Assembly: GCA_964494205.1 (NCBI GenBank)
Contig: CAZBRD010000020.1
Coordinates: 1 to 64,000, forward strand
From: an uncultured Phycisphaeraceae bacterium
Lineage (GTDB): Bacteria; Planctomycetota; Phycisphaerae; UBA1845
Reading direction: 5' to 3'
DNA length: 64,000 nt
Shown here: one piece after another, positions 27,886 to 36,162 of the stretch
How positions within the stretch are numbered: position 1 is the first letter of the stretch
Layout of the letters: every line of letters begins with the position of its first letter
Translations under genes and position numbers: made by a program
Notes under the pieces: model-generated
Seen by the model: the letters and a program-made list of their open reading frames with translations, nothing else
Told to the model about the DNA's origin: nothing
The model's database searches: none

Positions 27886-29622
27886 TTACGCCGCGCCAAA
27901 GATCTCCGTTGGTTCCAGTTTCTTGACGAGAATGACGGGCTCTCCAAGTTGCTGTCCATCTGGCAGTTCTGATGTTGCACTTGCCCAACTTTTGTAATCA
28001 CCACTCAAGCCCAGCATCGCTGCACACTTATCACCGGTGAAAGGCAGGAACGGGGCGATGAGCGTCGTCAACGTTCTTGCAGTCTGAAGGCACACGTTGA
28101 TCGCACGACCACAAGCTGCCATATCTGTCTTGCGGCTGGAGAATGGCTTGGTGGCATCGAAATATGCGTTCCCCGCCCGGGCCAACGCCATCACCTCACC
28201 CAAGGCTGCCTTGAATCTGCAACCCTCAAGCTCAGCGCCAACCTTTTCCATGGCTGCCGCGCGACGATCCATCTGTTCGCGATCGACGTTGTCACGTGTG
28301 CCAGCTTCCGGCACTTTTCCTTCGAAGTACTTATGAGCGAATGTCATCACGCGGTTGAAGAAATTGCCAAACGCGTTGAGCAGCTCGCCGTTGTTCTTGG
28401 CGAAGAAATCGTCGATATCGAACGCGGTCCGTGCCGACTCTGGTGCGACGGACGTGAGATAATAGCGAAGCGGGTCGGGATCGAACGTCTTTAGATAATC
28501 CTCAATCCACACAGCCGTTCCCCGACTCTTGCTGATTTTCTCCTCCTCCTTGCCTGGGAACTTAATGTTCATGAAAGAGTTGGCTGGCACGTTGTGCGGA
28601 AGCTGATACTCGCTTTTTTCGCCTTGCACGTTGTCGCTGTCATGTGTTGCAAGCATCATCGCGGGCCATGTAATCGTGTGGAATACAATGTTGTCTTCGC
28701 CGATGAAGTGAACCACCTTGCAATCTGGGTCCTTCCACCATCGGGCATAGCTCTCTGCGCCCTCGCCCAAACGCTCGCAATGTGCGGCTGTGAACGAAAC
28801 GTATCCAATTGGTGCATCAAACCAGACGTAAAGCGATTTACCTTTTGCATCAGGATCGTCGAGCGGCACCGGCACACCCCACGTCAGATCGCGCGTCATC
28901 GCCCGCTCGGGTAATCCTTCGTTTTCGATGCGACCAAGCGATTGATTAATGACCATCGGTCGCCACGAACCTGCGCCGGCGTCACGTTTGCTTTTCAGCC
29001 AGCCCGTCAATTTGCTCTGCAACTGATCGAGGCGGAGATACCAATGTACCGTTTCACGCAATTCCGGCTTTGTGTTGGTCATCACGCTGATTGGACTGAT
29101 CAACGACACTTGGTCCAGCGCTCGGCCGCAGTTCTCACATTGGTCGCCATAGGCCTGATCCGACTTGCAATGCGGGCACGTACCTTTCACGAATCGATCG
29201 GGCAAGAACTGCTGCGCCTGCACATCGAAGAGCTGCTTGGTCTTTCGCTTGGTGAACAATCCTTTCTCGTGAATCTTCAGGAAAAAGTCCTGGCTGAACT
29301 TCTCGTGCATCTTCACGAAGTCGGGCTGGTGCGTGCCGCCATAAATGTCGAATTGGATTCCCAATCCTGAGAAATCACGAAGCTGGCAGGCGTTAAAATG
29401 CGCGGTCAGTTCTTCGACGCTGCGATTCTGCTCGCGTGCCGTTTTCAGGGCGGCCACCCCGTTATCATCGCTGCCGCAGATGAACCGGACTTCCGCCCCT
29501 GTCGCGCGCAAATATCGAACGTACGTGTCGGCCGGCAGATACGCTCCCGCGATATGTCCGACGTGCAATCTTCCATTGGAATACGGTAACGCTGCTGTAA
29601 TGAGGAATCGACGTTGGCCCAT
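27886..29622 (-). CDS. metG: methionine--tRNA ligase
   Basis: HIGH motif (PYSNGRLHVGHIAG). Four-Cys zinc knuckle (CPHCKSD...CENCG). KMSKS variant KISKSRG. Confidence 0.9.
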   Translation of the reverse strand: MGQRRFLITAALPYSNGRLHVGHIAGAYLPADTYVRYLRATGAEVRFICGSDDNGVAALKTAREQNRSVEELTAHFNACQLRDFSGLGIQFDIYGGTHQPDFVKMHEKFSQDFFLKIHEKGLFTKRKTKQLFDVQAQQFLPDRFVKGTCPHCKSDQAYGDQCENCGRALDQVSLISPISVMTNTKPELRETVHWYLRLDQLQSKLTGWLKSKRDAGAGSWRPMVINQSLGRIENEGLPERAMTRDLTWGVPVPLDDPDAKGKSLYVWFDAPIGYVSFTAAHCERLGEGAESYARWWKDPDCKVVHFIGEDNIVFHTITWPAMMLATHDSDNVQGEKSEYQLPHNVPANSFMNIKFPGKEEEKISKSRGTAVWIEDYLKTFDPDPLRYYLTSVAPESARTAFDIDDFFAKNNGELLNAFGNFFNRVMTFAHKYFEGKVPEAGTRDNVDREQMDRRAAAMEKVGAELEGCRFKAALGEVMALARAGNAYFDATKPFSSRKTDMAACGRAINVCLQTARTLTTLIAPFLPFTGDKCAAMLGLSGDYKSWASATSELPDGQQLGEPVILVKKLEPTEIFGAA

Positions 29623-29771
29623 ATCAGAATCGATCGCTTTTCATGACGGAACGCACCCGGGGAAGTCGTTTTCACGGCTGCGAACGCGGATTGTATGCAA
29701 TCATCGGCCTGTGACAAGGAAAGTGATAGCCTCAAATGAGTTGCGTGCCGATATCTGATTGAGTTGCAACT

Positions 29772-29957
29772 TTGACCGTCGCGGCGCTGAGGGTTTATAC
29801 TTCCACAGTGATCATCGCATTACACAACGGTACGGAATGGCTGATCGTCGGTCTAGTTGCCTTGGCTATTTTCAACAGACCGAGACGTCCACCGGGTTGT
29901 GGTGCGACGATGCGCATTCGAGGACATAACAATGAATCACGAAGTATTAGCCCTTAG
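29772..29957 (+). pseudogene. degenerate tandem duplicate of the tatA 5' region (ATG changed to ACG)
   Basis: DNA 29833-29895 (GGAATGGCTGATCGTCGGTCTAGTTGCC...) parallels tatA 29972-30030 (GGAATGGTTGATTGTCGGCATTGTCGCG...). It encodes TEWLIVGLVALAIF versus MEWLIVGIVALLLF, and the would-be start codon is ACG. Confidence 0.35.
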
Positions 29958-29970
29958 CTTTCCGAGTGGG

Positions 29971-30141
29971 ATGGAATGGTTGATTGTCGGCATTGTCGCG
30001 CTCTTGCTGTTTGGCCGCCGACTGCCGGAAGTTGCTAGGTCGTTGGGGCAGAGCATCACGTCATTCAAGAAGGGCATTAAGGACGTGACCGACGATATCG
30101 ATCGCGAATCCAAACTCCCGCCGCCGCCCAAGGACCACTAG
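29971..30141 (+). CDS. tatA: twin-arginine translocase subunit TatA/E
   Basis: MEWLIVGIVALLLFGRRLPEVARSLGQSITSFKKGIKDV is the TatA TM helix plus amphipathic helix with the conserved FG hinge. An alternative start lies at 29932. Confidence 0.8.
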   Translation: MEWLIVGIVALLLFGRRLPEVARSLGQSITSFKKGIKDVTDDIDRESKLPPPPKDH

Positions 30142-30196
30142 TTCGCCTTACGCGCCAAAGGTGTGCGGGGCGAATGACGATTGCATCGCGGGGCAA

Positions 30197-30790
30197 TCAA
30201 TCGTCGCTGTCGGGTTCATTATCAGGTTCGATTTCGCAATTCAAGTCACGCAGGCCGCCGTTGAAAGTTTCGTCGAACGCAGCCTTGAAGTCGTATATTG
30301 ATTGAAAATCCTCGAGCGTATCCTGCGCCTGCTTCTGCATCAGGTTCAATTCAATAAAACCGAAAACGATACGTCCGAAGTCCTCCGTCGTCTTGATGCT
30401 CCACGACTCGAGCACACAACGGGCGAGCATACCCCAGCGTCGAAGGGCATAATCCCGCAGGCCCCAGCAAAGGTCGCGCCCACTGACATGGCGATTCAGC
30501 TTTTCGACACCACCCGCGGCCTCAACTGCAGAGGCGATGTCGGTCGCCAGCGATTTTTCGCGGAATTGCATCGAGAGATCGGACCAATCGATGTTTCGCT
30601 CGCTCATATACTCATAGAGTTTTCGATGCGCATCTGTTTCCGGTCCGTGCATCTTCTCAACCGAAAACGCCAGCCCCTCGCGGATGAACAGAAATGCTTC
30701 CGGCGGAAAGACCTTCACATGATCAACAAGTTCCTGAAGCTTGTTGGACGCCCGCTTGGCTGTTTGTGAGATATCCGACATTTGAAACAC
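30197..30790 (-). CDS. hypothetical acidic protein (197 aa), likely co-transcribed with the PSP1 gene
   Basis: 24-nt gap to the upstream PSP1 ORF. Acidic C-terminus (EPDNEPDSDD). No family recognised with confidence. Confidence 0.4.
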   Translation of the reverse strand: MFQMSDISQTAKRASNKLQELVDHVKVFPPEAFLFIREGLAFSVEKMHGPETDAHRKLYEYMSERNIDWSDLSMQFREKSLATDIASAVEAAGGVEKLNRHVSGRDLCWGLRDYALRRWGMLARCVLESWSIKTTEDFGRIVFGFIELNLMQKQAQDTLEDFQSIYDFKAAFDETFNGGLRDLNCEIEPDNEPDSDD

Positions 30791-30814
30791 TAATCCTTAT
30801 TCAAACTGGCTCGC

Positions 30815-32104
30815 TCAATTCAGCGACGGTGGGGGAGTCTCGCCATCGGGGCGCGGTTGTGGCGGTCCCTGTGGTTTTCCGCGTCTTCGCCCTCTACGTC
30901 GGCGCGAGTCGTCCGCTCCATCGCGCGGTTTCGTTTCCGCCGGAGGCTGATCGGCTGCCGGTTCTGTATCAATTCTAGCAGGTTCGGCGGCTGGGGGTGG
31001 AGCTTGTTCCGGTCGAGGAACGGGCGGGCGCGGTCTATTCCCGGGCATCGGCCGACCCTGTGGGCGTTCGCGCCTAGGAGGACCGGACTCATTCCCCGGC
31101 ACGACTCTTCGCGCGCTGGGCGGTACACCAACCGCGACAATATCCTCGGCTACCACTGTGACCAGTTTTTCTTCGTCAGTCCTGATCTGCACCAGCTGCG
31201 TCAGAATCTGCCGGTTGACGATCACACCTTCTCCATGATTGGTGCGAATTCGTACTCCCACCTTTGGCAGCTTCTTATCAAGCTCTTCGTAACCTACGTG
31301 TTCGTAACGCAGGCAGCACTTCAATCGTCCGCATCGACCAGACACCTGAGACGGATCGAGCGTGGCCTTTTGAAGCTTCGCCATCCTCATGCTGATCGGC
31401 TGAAGCGTCTTGAGGAACACCTTGCAGCAGACTTCGCGCCCGCACGTTTCATAATCGGCCAGCAGGCGCGCTTCGTCGCGAGCACCGATCTGGCGCATTT
31501 CAATGCGTGTTCGATACTCAGTGGCCAGTTCCTTTACGACGTTGCGAAAATCGATCCGCTCCTCCGACATGAAGTAGTAGATCAATCTCTCGCCGCCAAA
31601 CGGCGCTTCGCAATCGACAATCTTCATCGGCAGTTTGAAGCGATCCGCCACAGTCTGACAGAAGTCGCGTCGCTCGCGATTGCCCGCCTGAATATGTGCA
31701 TACTCGGCCAAGTCGGCAGCGGTCGCTTCGCGAAGAATGCGGCCCGCGTCGAACAGGAAGGATTCCTGACCGCAGGTGTCCACCCAGGACTTCATCTGAT
31801 CGCGGGTGACCGACTTATCGCAGCCGTTGCAGGTGAGCGAAACCTGCTCGCCCATCTCGATGCCGCGGCGGGTTTGAATGACGACCTTGGCGCCACAAGT
31901 GAACCGCATGTCGGCGGCGTGAGTGAATTCCCCGATATACCGGAGGTATCCGAACCGAACGGCTGTGGTGGGATAAATCTTTTCGAGCCCGTTGCCGCAC
32001 TTTGCCCCTGCCTCACCCGAACCACAACTTCCGCACCCGCCATGGGATTTCTGGCCCGGCGGGTCGCTATCGAAGAGGTCAAGGTTGATGTTGGGTTGTA
32101 CCAT
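30815..32104 (-). CDS. PSP1 C-terminal domain protein (RicT/YaaT-like) with Cys-rich N-terminus and Pro/Arg-rich tail
   Basis: Central domain ...TCGREVCCKVFLKTLQPISMRMAKLQKA...GRCGRLKCCLRYEH matches PSP1 C-terminal (GrCGRLmCCL). N-terminal CGSCGSGEAGAKCGNG. C-terminal P/R/G-rich low-complexity region. Confidence 0.7.
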   Translation of the reverse strand: MVQPNINLDLFDSDPPGQKSHGGCGSCGSGEAGAKCGNGLEKIYPTTAVRFGYLRYIGEFTHAADMRFTCGAKVVIQTRRGIEMGEQVSLTCNGCDKSVTRDQMKSWVDTCGQESFLFDAGRILREATAADLAEYAHIQAGNRERRDFCQTVADRFKLPMKIVDCEAPFGGERLIYYFMSEERIDFRNVVKELATEYRTRIEMRQIGARDEARLLADYETCGREVCCKVFLKTLQPISMRMAKLQKATLDPSQVSGRCGRLKCCLRYEHVGYEELDKKLPKVGVRIRTNHGEGVIVNRQILTQLVQIRTDEEKLVTVVAEDIVAVGVPPSARRVVPGNESGPPRRERPQGRPMPGNRPRPPVPRPEQAPPPAAEPARIDTEPAADQPPAETKPRDGADDSRRRRGRRRGKPQGPPQPRPDGETPPPSLN

Positions 32105-32210
32105 GGCTTAGCTGGGCCTCGCGCCTCTGTTTGTACGACGATCACGCATCCGACTTAGTGATCGACGATGTGCGATGAAGGGCGGGAGTTATTCTCTCCT
32201 CTACCTAAAA

Positions 32211-32549
32211 CTACGCTGCCCCAACAAGCTTATCCAAGGCAGCTGCGAAATCCTTCTTACCGCGTAGTCCAACGAACTTCTCGACGATTTGACCTTTGTT
32301 GAAAAGGATCACTGTCGGGATGTTGCTGATTGAAAATTTCACGGAAGTATCCGTGTTACTGTCAGTGTTTACCTTGCCGATGAGCGCCTTGCCGACATAG
32401 TCGTTTGCCAGATCGTCGATCACGGGTCCCAATGCCTTGCAAGGCCCGCACCACTCCGCCCAGAAATCGACCAGCACCGGCTTGCTGGCGTTCAGCACGT
32501 CGTTTTCGAAATTCTGATCGGTAAACTCAAGGGTGTTTGCGCCTGCCAT
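32211..32549 (-). CDS. trxA: thioredoxin
   Basis: Canonical WCGPC (FWAEWCGPCKAL). 113 aa. AAGGAG RBS 6 nt before the ATG at 32549; the ORF-track start at 32678 is an over-extension. Confidence 0.85.
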   Translation of the reverse strand: MAGANTLEFTDQNFENDVLNASKPVLVDFWAEWCGPCKALGPVIDDLANDYVGKALIGKVNTDSNTDTSVKFSISNIPTVILFNKGQIVEKFVGLRGKKDFAAALDKLVGAA

Positions 32550-32692
32550 GATTACTCCTTCTGGTGTATTCGTTTGGTGCCTGTTCGCTGACGATGCGAT
32601 TCTAGTTTTGTTCCCCCTTAGGGTCAACGATAACAGTGTTAGATGCGGGAAATCGGCGGGCGTCTCAGTAACGCACAACGTGGCCGTGTGAA

Positions 32693-32977
32693 TCAGGATA
32701 ACAGGTTTTTCAGTGTTTCACCGTGTGACGATTCCCACTCCTCCATCAGCTCAATCATGCGTATGTGGCTGCGAATGGTGTGCTGCATGTGTTCCGATGT
32801 TTTGACCGTTTCGAAGACATGTGGCGCGCCTTCCAGTCGCGCGCGCAAGTCGAATAGAAAATCACCCCAATGGCCAGCGTAGAGTGTGTCGCGCATGGCG
32901 ATCAACATGCGTTGCTCGTCATTGAGTTCCAGCGTTTCCGCCACCGCCGCACCGCTTCCGATCGCGCCGCTATTCAA
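32693..32977 (-). CDS. hypothetical small protein (94 aa); start overlaps the stop of the FAH-family gene by 8 nt
   Basis: Translational coupling with the upstream FAH gene. His-rich (HMQHTIRSHIRM). No family recognised. Confidence 0.35.
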   Translation of the reverse strand: MNSGAIGSGAAVAETLELNDEQRMLIAMRDTLYAGHWGDFLFDLRARLEGAPHVFETVKTSEHMQHTIRSHIRMIELMEEWESSHGETLKNLLS

Positions 32978-33980
32978 TAATAGGCGTGGTCAATATGCCA
33001 AGTCGTTCAATCTCAAGTTCCATGATGTCGCCCGGCTGCAACCAGCCGCCGACGTTCTCCGGGCCAAGTTCAAGGATGCAGCCTGTGCCCGCCGTTCCAC
33101 TGCCAATGAGGTCGCCGCGAAACAGCATCACGTCGCGCGACCCGCGCTCGAGGATCTGTGTGAAATCATAATGGATTGTTTTGAAATTGGAGCGTGAGGT
33201 CTCCTTCCCGTTGCGCCGACCAAGCATCATCAGATCATACTTGCCGGGACCGACCCGACGATCCGCGAGTTCATCCTTGGTGACAACCCATGGTCCTACC
33301 GAAGTGGCGAAGTCCTTTCCCTTGGCTGGACCCAACATGCATTTCATCTCTTCGCGCTGGAGATCTCGCGCCGACCAGTCATTCAGCACCGCGTAACCAA
33401 AAATCGCATCTTCAGCCGCCTGACCGCTGACGTCCTGCACGTCCTTGCCGATGACGCACGCGACCTCCAATTCGAAATCAAGCTCCTTGGTAGACTTTGG
33501 TTTCTTGATCGGTTCCAGATGACCGCGCAACGAGGTGGGGTTTGAGAAATAAAAGATCGGCATCTCATACCACGTGGGAATCATCTCCTGCCCGCGCCGC
33601 GCGCGTGCAGCCTTCACGTGTTGCTCGAATGCGTAAAAATCTCGAAACGTCCGCGGATTGGGAACGGGCGAATGCCAGCGGGCGATCTTGTTCAGCGGGA
33701 TCGCGGTTCCTTTTGTGTCCGACGCGAACCGCAAGAGACCGTCCGCGCCATGAGCTTCCAGTGCATCTCGCAGACTCGGTGGACCGTCTAACGGCAGCAC
33801 ACCATCATCCCGCCCAACACACAGCTTCGGCCCCTGTTCACCCTGCAATGTAACCACGCAAAAACGCACGCGATCCGTCCTTTCTTCTCTACGAAGTGAT
33901 TCTAATGGTGGTGAGGTCTGTAGCAACCAGCGGGTGCGTGATAATTCGCGGCTTCCGAAAAACGCAGGTTGGGTGAGCAA
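32970..33980 (-). CDS. fumarylacetoacetate hydrolase (FAH) family protein
   Basis: FAH-fold catalytic half (GYAVLNDWSARDLQ...GKDFATSVGPWVVT...) with an N-terminal RVRFCVV...GVLPLDG module. The only in-frame ATG is at 33980, so the true start is uncertain. Confidence 0.7.
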   Translation of the reverse strand: MLTQPAFFGSRELSRTRWLLQTSPPLESLRREERTDRVRFCVVTLQGEQGPKLCVGRDDGVLPLDGPPSLRDALEAHGADGLLRFASDTKGTAIPLNKIARWHSPVPNPRTFRDFYAFEQHVKAARARRGQEMIPTWYEMPIFYFSNPTSLRGHLEPIKKPKSTKELDFELEVACVIGKDVQDVSGQAAEDAIFGYAVLNDWSARDLQREEMKCMLGPAKGKDFATSVGPWVVTKDELADRRVGPGKYDLMMLGRRNGKETSRSNFKTIHYDFTQILERGSRDVMLFRGDLIGSGTAGTGCILELGPENVGGWLQPGDIMELEIERLGILTTPIIE

Positions 33981-34155
33981 ACGCAGTTTTTCGAACGAAT
34001 TTCACGGTTCCGAAAACCGGCTCGGCGTTGATCCGCGCGAGGCGGTCACTATAATCGACTATTCGATGAGGCCGCCCGTTCGGTTCCTCATTTCGTCACG
34101 CCAGGGATTGTGGAAGCCGCGACGCAGCGTCGTGGGTAGGGGGGATATTCCAGAC

Positions 34156-36069
34156 ATGGTAAAGAGCCATTCGAGATCCTGTTCTAGACCGATCGGAACT
34201 GGTAAATGGGTATGTGGATTCGTCGCATCACTGATGTTGACAGTCCCTGTCGCCCTTGCACAGGTGGAAACAAATCTTAGCGATTTTCTTCTGGCCGGAA
34301 CACAGCCAGACAAATCCAGCGGCCAGGATTTCGATTTCATTCTTCATTCGGGCAGTTGCCGAGTCTGTCACGAAATCTATGACCCCGTTGAGGTGCCGGT
34401 CTACACCCGCTGGCGCGGGAGCATGATGGCCAATTCCGCGCGCGATCCGCTTTTTCATGCGTGCCTGGCTATCGCAACACAGGACGCGGGCGACAGTGGC
34501 GACTTGTGCCTGCGTTGCCACACGCCGGGCGGGTGGCTGGGCGGTCGTTCATTCCCAACGGATGGGTCCGCGCTCCAAGAAGAGGATTACGATGGCGTGA
34601 ATTGCAACTTTTGCCATCGCATGGTCGATCCGGATTTCAAACCAGGAATCAGCCCGCAGCGAGACGAACCGATCCTTGCCGCATTGGAGAGCGCTGGTCT
34701 CCTGCCTTCATCACCGGGGAACGGTTCCTACGTTGTCGATCCCGATGACGTCAGGCGCGGGCCGTTTTCCGACGTGCCTCTGAACCTGCATGGTGTAGAC
34801 ATCGTGGTCTCGCCATTCCACACCAAGAGCGAGTTTTGCGGCACCTGCCACGACGTCAGCAACCCAGCACTAACTCGCCAACCAAACGGCGACTACGTTC
34901 TCAATACGCTCGGCGAGCCGCATCCCTCGCAGGAAAAGTACGATATGTTTCCGTTGGAACGAACGTACAGCGAATGGCTCAACAGCACGTACGCGACTGT
35001 TGGTGTGGACCATGGCGGTGTCTTTGGTGGCAACCACCCAACCGGCATTATGCAATCGTGCCAGGATTGCCACATGCCCGATACCGAGGCGTTTGGCTGT
35101 GCGTTCGACTTCGATCCATTCTTTATCCGTCCCAACATCCCGGCGCACGATTTCAACGGCGGCAACATGTGGGTTCAGGACATGCTGGCCAACATCTACG
35201 GCTGGGAATTGAATCTTGATTACCTGCACGACAGCAAGGAACGCACGCAATACATGCTCGAAAACGCCTGCACGCTCGAGGTCTCACAGGCAGATTGCAA
35301 CCTGAATGTTCGCATTGTGAACGAGACGGGCCACAAGCTTCCGACCGGTTATCCGGAAGGCCGGCGCATGTGGATCAACGTCGTCTTTCGAGATGAAAAC
35401 CTTGCAATTATCGCCGAGCGTGGAATGTACGATGTGGACACCGCGCATTTGACCACGCCCGACACGAAGGTATTCGAAGCCAAGCTCGGGCCAGACGAAG
35501 CGTTGGCCGCCGCCACGGGCCTGCCCGCTGCGCCGTCGTTCCACTTCGTGCTGAACAACAAGTGGTACAAAGACAATCGCATTCCGCCGCGCGGATTTAC
35601 GAATGCAGCGTTCGAAGCAGCGCAGGCAGCGCCGGCCGCTGCCACGTATGTCGATGGACAGTATTGGGATGACACGCTGTTCCGCATCCCGCCGACCGCG
35701 ACGACAGCCGAAGTTACCGTGCGTTATCAAACCGCCAGCAAAGAGTACATCACGTTTTTGCGCGATGAAAACGTCACCAACGATGCCGGCGATTTCCTGT
35801 ACGCTCAATGGGAGGAAACCGGAAAGTCGCCGCCCGTGACCATGCGACAGATGACGTTCATGTTGAATCCCGCGCTCACCGCCGCATTTGCAGACGCTGA
35901 TTGTGACGACGATATCGACCTGGATGACTACGCCCTAGTCGCCAACTGCACATCAGGCCCTGTTGCTCGTCTTTCGCTTGGATGCGAAGCCCTCGATAAC
36001 GAAAACAACGGCCACACTGATCTTCGCGACATTGCCGCCCTTTGTATCGCATTCACCGGGGGGGATTAA
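34156..36069 (+). CDS. secreted pentaheme c-type cytochrome with dockerin-like C-terminal module
   Basis: Signal peptide MVKSHS...VPVALAQV. Five CxxCH motifs (CRVCH, CLRCH, CNFCH, CGTCH, CQDCH). C-terminal DADCDDDIDLDDYALV...NNGHTDLRDIAAL resembles dockerin/EF-hand Ca-binding repeats. GGGGGGA RBS 10 nt before the ATG at 34156. Confidence 0.7.
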   Translation: MVKSHSRSCSRPIGTGKWVCGFVASLMLTVPVALAQVETNLSDFLLAGTQPDKSSGQDFDFILHSGSCRVCHEIYDPVEVPVYTRWRGSMMANSARDPLFHACLAIATQDAGDSGDLCLRCHTPGGWLGGRSFPTDGSALQEEDYDGVNCNFCHRMVDPDFKPGISPQRDEPILAALESAGLLPSSPGNGSYVVDPDDVRRGPFSDVPLNLHGVDIVVSPFHTKSEFCGTCHDVSNPALTRQPNGDYVLNTLGEPHPSQEKYDMFPLERTYSEWLNSTYATVGVDHGGVFGGNHPTGIMQSCQDCHMPDTEAFGCAFDFDPFFIRPNIPAHDFNGGNMWVQDMLANIYGWELNLDYLHDSKERTQYMLENACTLEVSQADCNLNVRIVNETGHKLPTGYPEGRRMWINVVFRDENLAIIAERGMYDVDTAHLTTPDTKVFEAKLGPDEALAAATGLPAAPSFHFVLNNKWYKDNRIPPRGFTNAAFEAAQAAPAAATYVDGQYWDDTLFRIPPTATTAEVTVRYQTASKEYITFLRDENVTNDAGDFLYAQWEETGKSPPVTMRQMTFMLNPALTAAFADADCDDDIDLDDYALVANCTSGPVARLSLGCEALDNENNGHTDLRDIAALCIAFTGGD

Positions 36070-36162
36070 TCAACTCTTGTGAAAGTGCACTCAGAAAACA
36101 ACGGGAGTTCGACGACATCTCATCGAACTCCCGTACCCGCACCACAATTGCAAAAACCGCGC

